64,000 nt of DNA from Antedon mediterranea (Eukaryota; Animalia; Echinodermata). Numbering within the stretch: position 1 is the first letter of the stretch; each line of letters starts with the position of its first letter. Of this stretch, positions 12,501-25,060 are shown piece after piece. Below the pieces are notes generated by a model. That model was not told the DNA's origin. It ran no database searches and was given only the letters and a program-made list of their open reading frames with translations. The stretch spans positions 38,760,304 to 38,824,303 of the forward strand of contig NC_092671.1 of assembly GCF_964355755.1 (NCBI RefSeq). The letters run 5' to 3'. A program made the translations under genes and the position numbers.

Positions 12501-15500
12501 CTTCATTTCCTTTTTATTGATTTCAAAGGTTTTTCAAACGGCGTTATGTGAGAAAGGCGCCTAGAACAATATCTCGCGGTACATGGACATCAAAGTCACA
12601 GTGGTGTTATTCATCAACTAGTTGTTATTTGATAGAATTAGGCCTATGTGTTAAAAGATAGATGCATTCATTCTTCATCCGTTCACGGGGGCGTTCATTG
12701 CAAAATCAAATATTTGGCTTTCCACTTTGTGAGTTGCTCCTCGTAAAAGGACTGGGACTTGGGTGACGAGTCAAACATTCAAAACATGTTTTCATTTGTT
12801 CACATCAAAAGATTAATTAATCATTTATTATCATGTGGTCTTTGCATTTCAATTCAATTCCAAGTTTTTTATTCAATAAAGCTAAAATTTACATTGTAGC
12901 AAAATGCTAAATTGTGTAAAAATTTTTGCACATATAAAAAAAAAGTTATCACATAAAATGGACATCTTATATTAAAATGGAATTGGATATAAAGTACATA
13001 ATATGAAAATGAGAAAGACATTGAAAAATCAAAGAAATTTCACAGTAAGACGGTACTTATATATTTCACCCTTAATTTCTTAACATAATTTCTAGGAACC
13101 CAATCAAAGGTTCTGATTGGTCCGTGTAAATAGGTAGGCCTAAAGATATCAATTAAAGTAAACAGTATGAAAGTGACTGATGTATTGCTTTATTGTTTAT
13201 TGTAGTAAATGTATTTTGTATAATTGTAAGGCAAAGAGATGGTGGATTATATTTACTATTCTAAATTTCTTAAAATGATTTCTGTGAGCCTGATCAATTC
13301 TTATTGGTCCGTGTAAACAGGTAATGATATCAATAAGTAAACAGTATGAAAAATGAAATTACCAAACACAAACAAATACGTTTAATGTCATATCTGTTTA
13401 TTATATGTTTATTTATATACGTGGTGTACCGCAAACTTTATATCAACATTTGATTTCGCCATTCAAACCTTTCAACAATATATCTGTTTATTGTAATAAA
13501 TTAATTTTGTATAATTTTAAGGCAAAGAGATGGTGGATTATATTTACGAATATCTAACTACCATCCGACAACGTAAAGTCATACCAAACGTAGCGCCTGG
13601 CTACATGAGGAAAATTATCGCCGATAAACCGCCACAGAAAGGGGAAAATTGGGAAGAAATATTTCAAGATATCGAACGGGTCATTATGCCAGGGGTAGGT
13701 GTACATTTTTTATTATTAAAGGACAAGTACTTAAGTATCAATATTGTATTGTATGTCTGTGAGACTAATGCTAGGTAGTAAGTACTACCCATTTACTTGA
13801 CCGAGTTTTAGTCCGTATGCTATAGCAACGAAGAATCTATACGTGAATTTGTGACGTCAATGTTTTTTGTCTACAAATTAAATCAATCTGAATGTCTAAA
13901 TTTTAATATCTAAATAATTTTTTTGGACGATGAAAACATATTTTAAAACAGTTATAAAGTAGTCAAGCTAATTTATTATTAGTTACCTGTCTCAAAAATA
14001 AATTATTTGTTCAATAAATATTTCGCTGACATTATTCTTAAGAAATTTCTTCAACTAGACATTCTGTTAAATGCAGAAGTTTCATTTAGATATATAGTAA
14101 ATGTATTATAGCATTTAATGAGAACTTGTGTATACAGTACAATTATGTACATCCGGGTACTTTTCATACAAAAACATATAAGTGCAACACTCGCATCAAA
14201 TACACCGTTGGTGCTTATGGTATTCCAATAAAAGTTGGACGAAAAAGATGATGTAATTGAATTTTATCATGGTAGTATTTAAAATATTAACCTAGGCCTA
14301 TTATGTCCACAGGTGGTACACTGGCAAAGTCCTCATATGCACGCCTACTTCCCGGCCTTGAATTCCTTTCCGTCCCTTCTTGGAGACATGCTTTCTGATG
14401 CTATCAATTGCTTAGGATTCACCTGGGTAAGAGACAATTAATTTGATGTATTTAGTTGGCCATCCGGATGATACAACCAATATGACGTATAAAAAACAGC
14501 ACGTGCGTTACTCTTACACCGTTATTACGTCACATAAGATTGCTTTATTTGGGTGGCCATCCAGCACGTGCGTACGGTATCTGTTACAGCGTTATTACGT
14601 CACTAATTTGGTTCCCACTAGAGATGTAACAACGACGTAACGTCAGGGGTTTGACCAATCACAAGTGATGGATTTATTTGTCAACTTGTTTGCGTTGCGT
14701 CTACGTCCTTGTGTTGCGTCCTATTGGGAACCAAGCTTTAAAGCGTTATTACGTCAAATACGTTACCGTATCTCGCAGTATAAGTTTCGTATAAGATGCT
14801 ACCGGGATTTCAACGTAAATTAATACCAAATGTCTTTGGAGAGTAACACCAAATTTAGACACACATTTTAAGTTATACCATAATATTGTTAAACATAATC
14901 ATGCTTTTAGTATAGAAGAACTACGGCAATATATTTGTTATCACTGATTGAAGATCTTAACCTGCAGTTGACATTTTGTCATGTGAATTTAAACAAATTT
15001 CTCTGACTGTGTTTGATCATGATATTAAATTACGAAAGGCAGCAGTTAAAACACAAACTGTCAATGTAAAGATTGCAAATACTTCAATTTCAAACTTAAG
15101 AGCATTTTAAAATAGATCAGTATTTCTTTCATTAAGTAATTGAGTTTTATAGTTTGACATCAATCTCCACTTACAATTAACTGCATGCTTTGCTTTCGAT
15201 GATTATCCAATTTAGGCTTCTAGCCCAGCATGCACCGAACTTGAAATGAATGTTATGGACTGGTTAGGTGAGTCATACGAATATTATATACTTTGCTAAT
15301 GCTGTGTTCTACCTTGTGTGTGATTGATACATACTTCATGTAAAATCACTGACTTATTTTAAAGATATATACCGTATTGTTGTTGAATATGTCATTTTAA
15401 TGTCATATAATAGTTATTCACTTTGACCAGAAACTATTTACTGTACCTAAAAAAATGTAATTTAAAGGAAAAAATACTTAAATTGTCTGTCAGAGAATGA

Positions 15501-18500
15501 GTTTTTAGTTTATTTTTCTTTTTATAAGTGAAATGATTTTTTTTTTCTACAGAAGTGAATAACTGCACAATAACCTATTCAAATACAACAATACATCTTT
15601 AAATAATAATAATAAATAATAAAATAAATGATAAAGTCTTTATCTGAGCACTTTATTACCAAATGTGTGAATCGTTAAGTTATTTACATTTGATTTTAGA
15701 GTTTTTACATCACTACAAAGTATTTATTGAGAAATAAAGAAGTTAAATAACCTAATTTTAAGCATAATTTTCAAATTCTTCATTATTATCGTCATTTTAT
15801 TCCATTATTTATTGTACATTTTTAAAAACTAAATTTATAATTCTGTTAATTTTATCTGCATTTGACATTCGAATGAAATTAAGTGAAAATATAATATTGT
15901 ACACATTAGGAGAACTTATTGGACTACCAGCTCATTTTCTTCACAAGACATCGGGTTCTTTCGGAGGAGGTGTTATACAGGTAACTAACTCGTCTCGATC
16001 ACATCTGACTTAATTTTTCTACTGTTGGAAACAACATTCTTTGTCAAAAGTGAATAGAGCTAAAACCTTATACAGAGTGAGCCAACTGACATATTAGTAT
16101 CCTGGTTTTGCTCCCTATTTTTCTTTTAAATTTAATTTAAATTTTTCCTTCTCCTTTTATCATTCTTTCCTCCTTTTCGTAAGTTCATACATTTCATTAA
16201 TATAATTTAATTCTTCATTTCTTCATTTGTTAAGATAACATACATTACAATAAAACTTGAAAAGTTAAACAATATTGGCACTTCAGAAAACATTTGTTTA
16301 TAATTTTAGGGAACATTGAGCGAATCTACTTTCGTCGCAATGTTAGCAGCTCGAGCAAGTGCTATTAAAAAGGCACGTCAGCTAATACCAGAATTCGAAG
16401 ATATGGAAGAGGCGGTGATCTGTTCCCGGCTTGTTGCTTACTGCTCTGATCAGGTATAGTGAATTTAAAAGTATTGCACAGGATTTTTTTTACATTATAC
16501 TTGACTTTAGTATTTTATCCCGAGGCTACTTTTAAAATAATAATTATTTAATGTATTAAAAGCGCGACAAATTACGATTTAAAACAAAGAAAAAGTTTTG
16601 TCTGACAGACAATTTTAAGTATTTTTTGCTTTCAATTACATTTTTCCGGGTAAAATAATTGTTTAAATCCAGTTTTTGGTCAAAGTGAATAACTATTAGT
16701 ATGTGACATTAAAATGACACATTCAAGAAAAAAGTTGTTTAGGGGTGGGGGGATATCTGAAGCTACTAATTATCAGCAGAATAGGCGTTAGAAAGCTAAT
16801 ATTTTGGCGTCATAATGCGTTATAACAGCTAGATACACGTATTACGCACTTCAGGCCCATTCATCGATGGAAAAGGACGCCCTGTTGACGATGGTGAAGC
16901 TACGGAGCCTAGAAACCGACGACAATCTGAGTCTGCGCGGTCCGACATTACAAAAAGCAATAGACGAGGACCGCAGCAAAGGACTCATTCCTTTCTTTGT
17001 AAGTATAACACTTTTAAAAGAATTTGTTTGCAATGACGTAGGCTATCATCTAAAGCTCTCTCTACACTATCAAACTTTATGTGACACACAAATGTGATGT
17101 ACCCATATATGGCCATGATTATATCATATCACTATCATATTTTGGCATGCCACTAAACCATATTTGGGCACATCAGACCTGTTTTTGTAAAATATACCAT
17201 TTTTACGTCATTTTTTTTCAAATCCATTAGATCTGTGCTACTCTTGGTACTACTGGTGCATGTGCTTTCGACAATCTGGAGGAGATGGGAAAAATATGTA
17301 AGTAACAAGCAGACGATTTCTGTATTATTCTTATACTCATTTAAATCAATTGACCACTTTGCTCACCTATTGCACTGCTACATTCTGTTCTGTTACAGTT
17401 GGTCTGAAAGTGGACGACAAAGTTGCCTAATCGATTCTTCTATTTGTATAGAGAATGCATAGCTCATTTGTAAGCACAACTAATGGTTTCTTTTGCATAA
17501 GAAAGACTGGCAAAACGTTGAACATAAACATTTTGAAAATCACGTATCTAAAACTCTGTCTACACACTATCAAACCAGTTTGACAACAAAATGTGCCCAA
17601 ATGTGGTAGTAATATACCCAAATATGGTAGTGATATGACCTCATCATGTGCCATATATGGGAACATCACAATTTTTGTCACATAAAGTTTGATAGTGTAG
17701 ACAGAACTTAAAACGACGCATTATTAATGTTTCAATCTGTTGCAGGTTCAGATGAAGATATTTGGCTTCACACAGATGCTGCGTATGCTGGCACGGCGTT
17801 CATCTGCCCTGAGTACCAACACCTTATGAAGGGTGTTGAGCATGCGCAGAGCTTCGCTTTTAATCCTAGTAAATGGATGATGGTGAATTTTGACTGCACT
17901 GCAATGTGGTAAATATACGTTTTTATAAATAATCTCCAACCGGTTTGGGTGACAAGGTTGTTTTTTTTTACAGTGTATTACTTCTTTTCAAAATGCAAAT
18001 CTTCTACAGCATGTAACTACATGAAACAAACAGGACTACATAGCTTCATAGTTTTAGTAATGTTTTAATTAAATTTTAAATCGCTTCCACACTGTGATGA
18101 TGTATGAACATCATAAACATCTTTTAAGTATAACGCATAGTTTTAAAAGTTACTTCTTCTTTTAAGGGTGTTGTGCTCAGAAACAACTTCTTCTAGAAAA
18201 ATAGAATGATGTTATTTATATAAATGGAAGGACAAACAGCCTATCTAAATTGCTCTTTTGAGGAATGAATGATAAAAATGTTATTTAAATGTCGAATAAA
18301 GACTAGTAAAGGTAGAGTTGCGGTACACCACATTTTGCCAAAAGGAAATAAATTAAAGAATTTCTCGATGTTTGGTTGTTTTTGCTACAACATTCTTCTG
18401 GAGAAATATTTATTATCTTCGCGGTATAGAGAAAAGAAAAAAAGAATAACAATAAATAATGTTCACAGTGGAATTTATTAACATGGAAAATAAAACTAAA

Positions 18501-21500
18501 GCGTGGTTCCCACTAGCGACGCAACACAAGGACGTAACGCAACACAAGTGAATTGACCAATCACAAGCGATGGCTTATTCGCTTGTGATTGCTAACTGTC
18601 TATAAATTCGCTTGTCATTGGTTAAAACGCTTGCGTTGCGTTTACGACCTTGCGTTACGTTCTAGTGGGAACCAAGCTTTAAGCTCTATCTACTTTTTGT
18701 CAAACTAGTTTGATAGTGTAGACAGAGCTTTAAGCATTAATGTTTCTATTGAATAAGTGACTCGTCGTACTTTACGGTTCATCTGCAGTTTACTTTTGCC
18801 CTCAGTGCAGATGTAGACCTTTCCACCAAATTATATTTTAATGAATATATTTAACAAGTTGCAGCTGCATATTACAACATTATCTTAAAATTAACATACG
18901 TCTCTTTAAAAATTATGATTTATCGGAAATACACCGACACAGAAGATTACATATGCACTCAGACCCTGACTACATCATAATAAACTTTACATATTTTTAT
19001 TGATTTATAAATATATACTAATAATAAACAAACCGCCAAAATCAAAATATTTGTTTAATGTCGGATAATGTAATATTCAAATCAGACAGATAATAATAAA
19101 GAGTAACATTATATAATAGTATATCTTGTAATGATTGATGAATATGAAATTAGAGTGCGAAGTAAACAGCTTAAAATTTATGGAAATATGTTAATATTGG
19201 CCCACTGGATTGAATGAAAACAGGAAAGAGGACAAACCACCCTTAATCCTTATATAGGCCTATAAATGATAAATAGATAGCAAAAGATACCAAAACGGAA
19301 GTAGTATTTATATAACATATGGACATAATGGAATTTTCCATAAACCTGTCCTAATTTACCGATAATATGGTAAAAAAACGTGCCTGGACATTTCAAAGGA
19401 AACGAGAGAGTTTAACCTTTTATAGGACACCTTTAATTTAGCAGACAATAAAGTGCAGTGAAATATAACAGTATTGTTAGGTTTTGATTATTATATAAAG
19501 TCTACACTATCAAACTAGTTTTACAAAAAAGTGTGATGTACGTACCTACCAAATAATGTAGTGATATGACATCATCATGTTCATATGTGGAAACATCACA
19601 TAATGTTTGATAGTGTATACAGAGCTTAAGATCAATCTGTCATTGTGTTTCAAAGTCAACTTAGTTTAACAGCTTTACATAGAAGTACATTTAAGTTAAG
19701 TTTCAAAATTGTTCCAATGCGTTAGCTGTCTGACAGCAGGTAAACAATACTCCATTAGTAGTTATGGATCGTTAACAGCTAAATACAGTTATTGAATTAT
19801 ACATAAAATACATATTGTACATTTAACGACAAGGCAATTACTGTAGATTGAGGGAACAATTTTAGATTCCTTGCTAAGTGTAGACTAATGATACACTACA
19901 TAATATTGCAACAAACACTTTAGACTCATTCTAGTAAATTGAAAGTCACCAATATTTTGTCGTTATTAAATTAGCTTATTTTATCGTCGCCCAGTGCATC
20001 GTGCCTTGTGCACACTGTTCGATTTTATTGCCGCCCAGTGCACACTGTTCTAATTTTTTGTCGCCCAGTGCACATTGTTCTATTTATCGTCGCCCAGTGC
20101 ACATTGTTCTATTTTATCGTCGCCCAGTGCAAGTTGTTCTCCAGCTGTAGAATAATAATACGTTCTCTTCCGGAAGAGATTCAAGCAAAGAATATAGATA
20201 AGATAATGTATTAATAAATATACGGATATCCATCAGTTTAAGATCAAAGGTTCCATGTCGCGGATTTTTAATTTCCGGAGGTTTCATGAACAATGTAATA
20301 ATTCAAATTAAAAAATTGCATATTTTATTAATATTACTAACTACTTAAAATTACGGTCGTGAGAAAGTGAACTTTACCTAGTCCGCTTTCGATGAAATTA
20401 AACTATAAATGTTCAGTAATATAATCCTCGACGCAGACATGTCAATAAAACAAACAAACTGCGCATACGATTTATACGTTTTGTTGTTGATCCTGATCAA
20501 AAAATGTAACAGTTAATTCGCAGCGTTCTATAGAGGGCCGCGGTTAGTTAGAGACATGGTATTCAAAGAGCGTGTTTGTTTGATTGGCAGCAGAAGTGCA
20601 TTGGTTTGATGTCACCGTTGATACGTATAAGTTACAAATACGATCATTTTTTTAAATCATATCGAACTCCAGACATCTATGAATTCATTGGAAAGTTATA
20701 TTTGTTTGTTTGTTTACAGGGTTAGTGACAGCAGACTTCTCCACAATACCTTCTGTGTAAACCCACTATACCTGCAACACGACAATGAGGGCGACTCAGT
20801 CGACTACATGGTAACTCATTTTATTAACAATTAATTTCGCGAATTCGAAAGTTGCATAGTACCAACATTTTAGTCAATTTCCATTAAAGACTTCAACAAC
20901 ATAAAAATTTGAATAAAATCAAAATTGGAATTGGGCATTTTGTATAACAGGTTTAATAAAGTTATTCACTTTTGCAAAAAATTAAACAATAAAACAGTAA
21001 ACGGTTAATTATCATGATGGTCTAATAAGTATTATTACAATGGTCTATTTAATATCTTTTTAAACAAATTTTGAAAACATTGACAGCATTGGCAGATTCC
21101 ACTTAGTCGACGGTTCAGGTCCATAAAGTTATGGTTTGTGATGCGTTCGTTTGGAATTGAAGGCCTACAGGAACATATTCGAAAGGTAAACACTTTTCAA
21201 CTGTTACATAGTTTGTCGTCAGACTTTGTGGTTTGCCGCCACCAATCTTTACCGTACTTTCTTGTTTTTTGGGGTTTTTTTTGGTGTAAAGAGATTTGTG
21301 ATTTAACACAAAGTATAAATGGTGTGATACTAAAGGTTAAATTATAAATGATATTAATAAGGGGAAAAACAGAAAATGATGAAAACAATTTGAAAATGTT
21401 TAGAAATTATATAGATATAACGTACATTTACCTAATCTGAATTAAATTCTCATATTCTAACTTATTTTGTTTTTATGATAGGGTGTAAAACTTGCCAAAT

Positions 21501-22782
21501 TCTTTGAAGATCTTGTAAGACAAGATTGCAACTTTGTTTTGGCTGCTAAGAGAGTGTTGGGGCTAGTTGTCATTCGATTAAAGGTAGGTTATTCAACGGC
21601 TACAACAGCATTTACATAATTCGAAAATAAACTTGATAATGATGATAATTATTTCGAGCTAAATATCTGAATGTGGTTAAGCCATTAAAAAGCTTTTCCG
21701 ATTTCCGGCCATTTACGAAAAAGTTCGGTCTTGTTGATTCACTATATGGGGAAGTTGTATATGTGCGCCCTCACTCAATTTCTCTAACAGTTAACTGAGT
21801 CGTTTCTAGGTCCAGATCGAATTGAAGCTCTCCTTCTAATATCTAGAAGTCGATGTTTACACCCAATAATAAAATAACCCACAACTAAACTAACACTACT
21901 AAACCAAAGAACTTATAACACAAGAATCTCCTGTTATTCAATTTGCATTCAAAACAAAGTATCGGAAGTACAGGGTTAAAAGGTCAAACTGGGCGACGCC
22001 ATTTCACAGCATGGAGCAGCTCCCCTCCAAACTAGGAAGTCAATTACTCTACCCCCTAGAGTATTAGCAGATCCCCTCTATGATTTTGACTTTCTAATTT
22101 GATGCGGGCGCCCTACTCCATGGCTCACAATGGCGCCACCCATTAGCTCTATTCTATCCCACAATGCCTTTCGAAATTGTTACGCGCTTCGGACGAACAG
22201 GAGATTCTTGTGTTATAAGTTCTTTGACTAAACCCATAGGAGTCTTGTGAATTGACGGCAGAACTTCTGCGCAGGCTCAACAACTCTGGCAAGTTATACG
22301 CCGTCCCTGCTTCGGTCAAAGGTCGATATGTAATTAGATTTACCGTTACGTCACAATATACCGAAGAATCTGACATCGTTAAAGATTGGCAGTTCATACG
22401 AACCACAGCACGCGAACTCTTGATGGAGAAGAGTATAGAATACATCACTTCTGGAACTAGTGACATCAAAATTGTGATAGATTCCACGACGACAGAGAAG
22501 CAACAACCAATCATGCCAACAATAGAGTTTTCAAGAGGTCTTTGCATGTCAGATGATTCTGATATTGATTCTGATTTCTCAGAAATGTCAGATATCATGG
22601 GAGATGACTTCAAAAACCTCGCAGAAGGAAAATGCGGTGAAATTAAACACTTAGGCTTAAGCTTAAGTCCAAAGAAGATTAAAAATAAAAAGAAGTTCGT
22701 CAGCAAAGGTCGAATGGGGTCAACGGCTCAGGCAAACGGAAACAACTACACTGGTGTTGTCAACATTTGCCACCATTTGTAA
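9557..22782 (+). CDS. HDC: Histidine decarboxylase (group II PLP decarboxylase), 13 coding exons, ~596 aa
   Basis: Exons 9557-9584, 13522-13694, 14313-14426, 15216-15267, 15910-15980, 16310-16453, 16855-16998, 17231-17297, 17746-17908, 20720-20810, 21087-21185, 21482-21583, 22240-22782. All introns are GT-AG and phase-consistent (1791 nt). Motifs: [55 protein letters not shown] lysine FNPSKW, and [10 protein letters not shown] (Ser as in HDC, where DDC has Gly). Confidence 0.95.
14608..14739. mobile_element. MITE family B copy (HDC intron)
   Basis: TTGGTTCCCACTAG...TGGGAACCAAGCTT with internal GACCAATCACAAG. Confidence 0.7.
17551..17709. mobile_element. MITE family A copy (HDC intron); partial copy at 17053-17190
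   Basis: Same TIRs and internal repeats. Confidence 0.75.
18499..18730. mobile_element. MITE family B copy (18499-18679) abutting a minimal family A remnant (18681-18730)
   Basis: AAGCGTGGTTCCCACTAG...CTAGTGGGAACCAAGCTT followed directly by TAAGCTCTAT...GTAGACAGAGCTT. Confidence 0.75.
19498..19627. mobile_element. MITE family A copy
   Basis: TCTACACTATCAAACT...TTTGATAGTGTATACAGAGCTT. Confidence 0.7.
19978..20135. repeat. ~30-bp tandem repeat, ~5 copies
   Basis: Unit approximately TTTATCGTCGCCCAGTGCACATTGTTCTA. Confidence 0.85.
20300..20640 (+). repeat. Dispersed repeat with a second direct copy at about 27525-27890
   Basis: Shared blocks AAAAATTGCATATTTTATTAATATTAC, CGACGCAGACATGTCAAT, AGAGGGCCGCGGTTAG, GTTTGATGTCACCG. 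Confidence 0.75.
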
Positions 22783-23136
22783 AACATACAATGGTGTTGT
22801 GAGCGTGCGTAGATAGATTTCAGTAACATTATGGTGCGCATTCTACGTTTCAGTAATTTATGTATTTCTATAGTTGTGGTCCTAATTGTTCGTTAAAATA
22901 TTAAATACGATATTTATTTCAATAACAAAACGATGCAATATACTAAAATATGTATCTAAAATAATAGTATTCTTCTATATAATGGTAGCGTATATTTGTA
23001 CTTGTTCTAGGTCTACTAGGAAAATGTTCTAAATAAGTACAAAATGAAACTCCATTTTTAGTTTGGAAATGCATTTTTGTACCAAATACGTATTGATCGT
23101 AGATTGTTATTAGATATTATAATTATTATGTTGTTT

Positions 23137-23261
23137 AAGCTTGGTTCCCACTAGGATGCAAGCGCGCGCAATGCAAGCCATTCATGACGTGAGCTGTCGC
23201 GTGTTATTGGTCAACTCACTTGCGTTTGTTGCGTTGCGTTTCCTTGTGGGAAAAAAACTTT
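23137..23261. mobile_element. MITE family B copy (HDC 3' region); other degenerate copies at about 1115-1262, 23740-23890, 34146-34266, 36550-36700
   Basis: AAGCTTGGTTCCCACTAG terminus, GCAA/TTGC arms, ATTGGTCAA core. Confidence 0.65.
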
Positions 23262-25060
23262 ACGTATAACGGTAATTTACTTATAAAATTGGCATAATGG
23301 TGCCTTTTCTTAACAATCTGGTTCTACGAGACTATTGGCTGCATAGTTGTACTGTATTGTGTCTTTTTAATTTAATAATCAATCGTTATTGTTTATTCTT
23401 TATCAACGACAAATTTAATTTCAAATTTGAATCTTAATTATATTTATATACAACCTGTTTTTTAATTTACCAGTGGCATTTAGCCTAACATACGTTATTG
23501 CATACGTATTTGCATATTAAATGATATACCGCAACGAAACGCACAAACCAACAACAGCATCGCTTATGAGATAATATGTTGATGATAAATTACCTCTTAT
23601 TTAGTGACAAACAGGACCGTTTGTGGTCGTCACAATAACGTATTCGCATAGTCCATACGAACTAAAGACTTCAGTTCATCTGCGTTTACACGGTTTCTTT
23701 TGACCTACTCCGTCACTGCAAACTATATACCGCTAAACTTCGCTTTCCACTTGGACGCAACACAATGACATAAGCGCAACTCTAGTACAGTAATTTGACC
23801 ATGGATGGCTCATCCACTGACGCTTGTGATTGGTCAATCGCCTGAGTTGCGCGTACGACGTTGCGTGTTGCGTCCAAGTAGAAACCATCTTAACCAATGA
23901 ATTCAGCAGCATTGTTTTAGTGTTTTATATTTCATATTTTATTGAACTGAAATTTAAAATAAATATTGGTACACATTTATGATTGAATGATTTTAGAGTA
24001 CTAGCAACTAGAATGTGATTGAAGTGTTTTGGATTAAATAATGTTTTTTTACCTACTTTGTCGAATAAATACGTCTAGTATCGATGATTGATAATTATAC
24101 ATAAATAAATAAATAAGTTATTTAAGAATATTTGAAAAATGTGAATGACAAACAATGTCAGGATTTAAATAAATATAAATCATTTATGGCTCTTAACAAA
24201 CTTAATGTCTTCAGGCCCGGCGTCAAATTTGATTTTCATACTTTGCAAAACTGAGTTGCGATAACGTTACGAAAAGAAATAAACTTCATTACTTTATTTT
24301 AATCAGAATTAATACGAAAATGTCTGCAATAAACCAGTATTTTAAACTCGTTCATGTGAAAACTATTTATTTTAAAGTCAAAATGTAGGATTACTGGGAA
24401 ACTATCGTTCGTCTTCTGTAGAAATAGAGATTTTCTCATATCTATTGAACTAAACTATCTGCTATCCCTGCCGATTCCCGGTACCGGTACTGTGTCTAAA
24501 TTTGTCAAATTGCAAGTATTGCAAGTATTATAGTCCATAACTACACCTAACCCTAATCTACAGGCATCAGAGTGATGAGATACTTTATATTATTAAGCCT
24601 ACTGATTGACCCATCTAGCATCTAGCATTTTAGAAAATCTAGCATAATCTGGCATCATTTGAAAAACCCAATTCTGCAGCTTATTTACCACGATCTAGCA
24701 TTTTTTCTAGCACATTTTCTAAAAAATCTAGCATAATTTTTGCTCAATCTAGTTACCCAAGCTAGCATAATTTGGCCGAAAACCTGAGTCGTCCCCCCCC
24801 CCCCCGCCCCAACCTTTTTTTTTTTTTGCTTCCCACTTTTGTGGTATATAAAACATATACATGCACCGCCCTCTGATAAATTGTTTATGTGCAATTGTGC
24901 CTAGCATAATCTAACATAATCTTGTGCTGCCACCTATATATATGCAAAATTTTATTTTCATCGCTGGCTACAATGTAATGATACCAACTACTATACAAAT
25001 ATTGTCATACACTGAGATACACAACACTAGAACTCGGGTGTTACTATAACACTAATGCTA

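Noticed and set aside
22149-22706. 185-aa antisense ORF
   Set aside because: Shadow of the HDC terminal exon. The same applies to 32184..32633, 35511..35930 and 30461..30703.
9557-22782. Assignment as DOPA or tyrosine decarboxylase
   Set aside because: [16 protein letters not shown] and EEYRERG fit HDC better than DDC (IPLGRRF, NPHKW).
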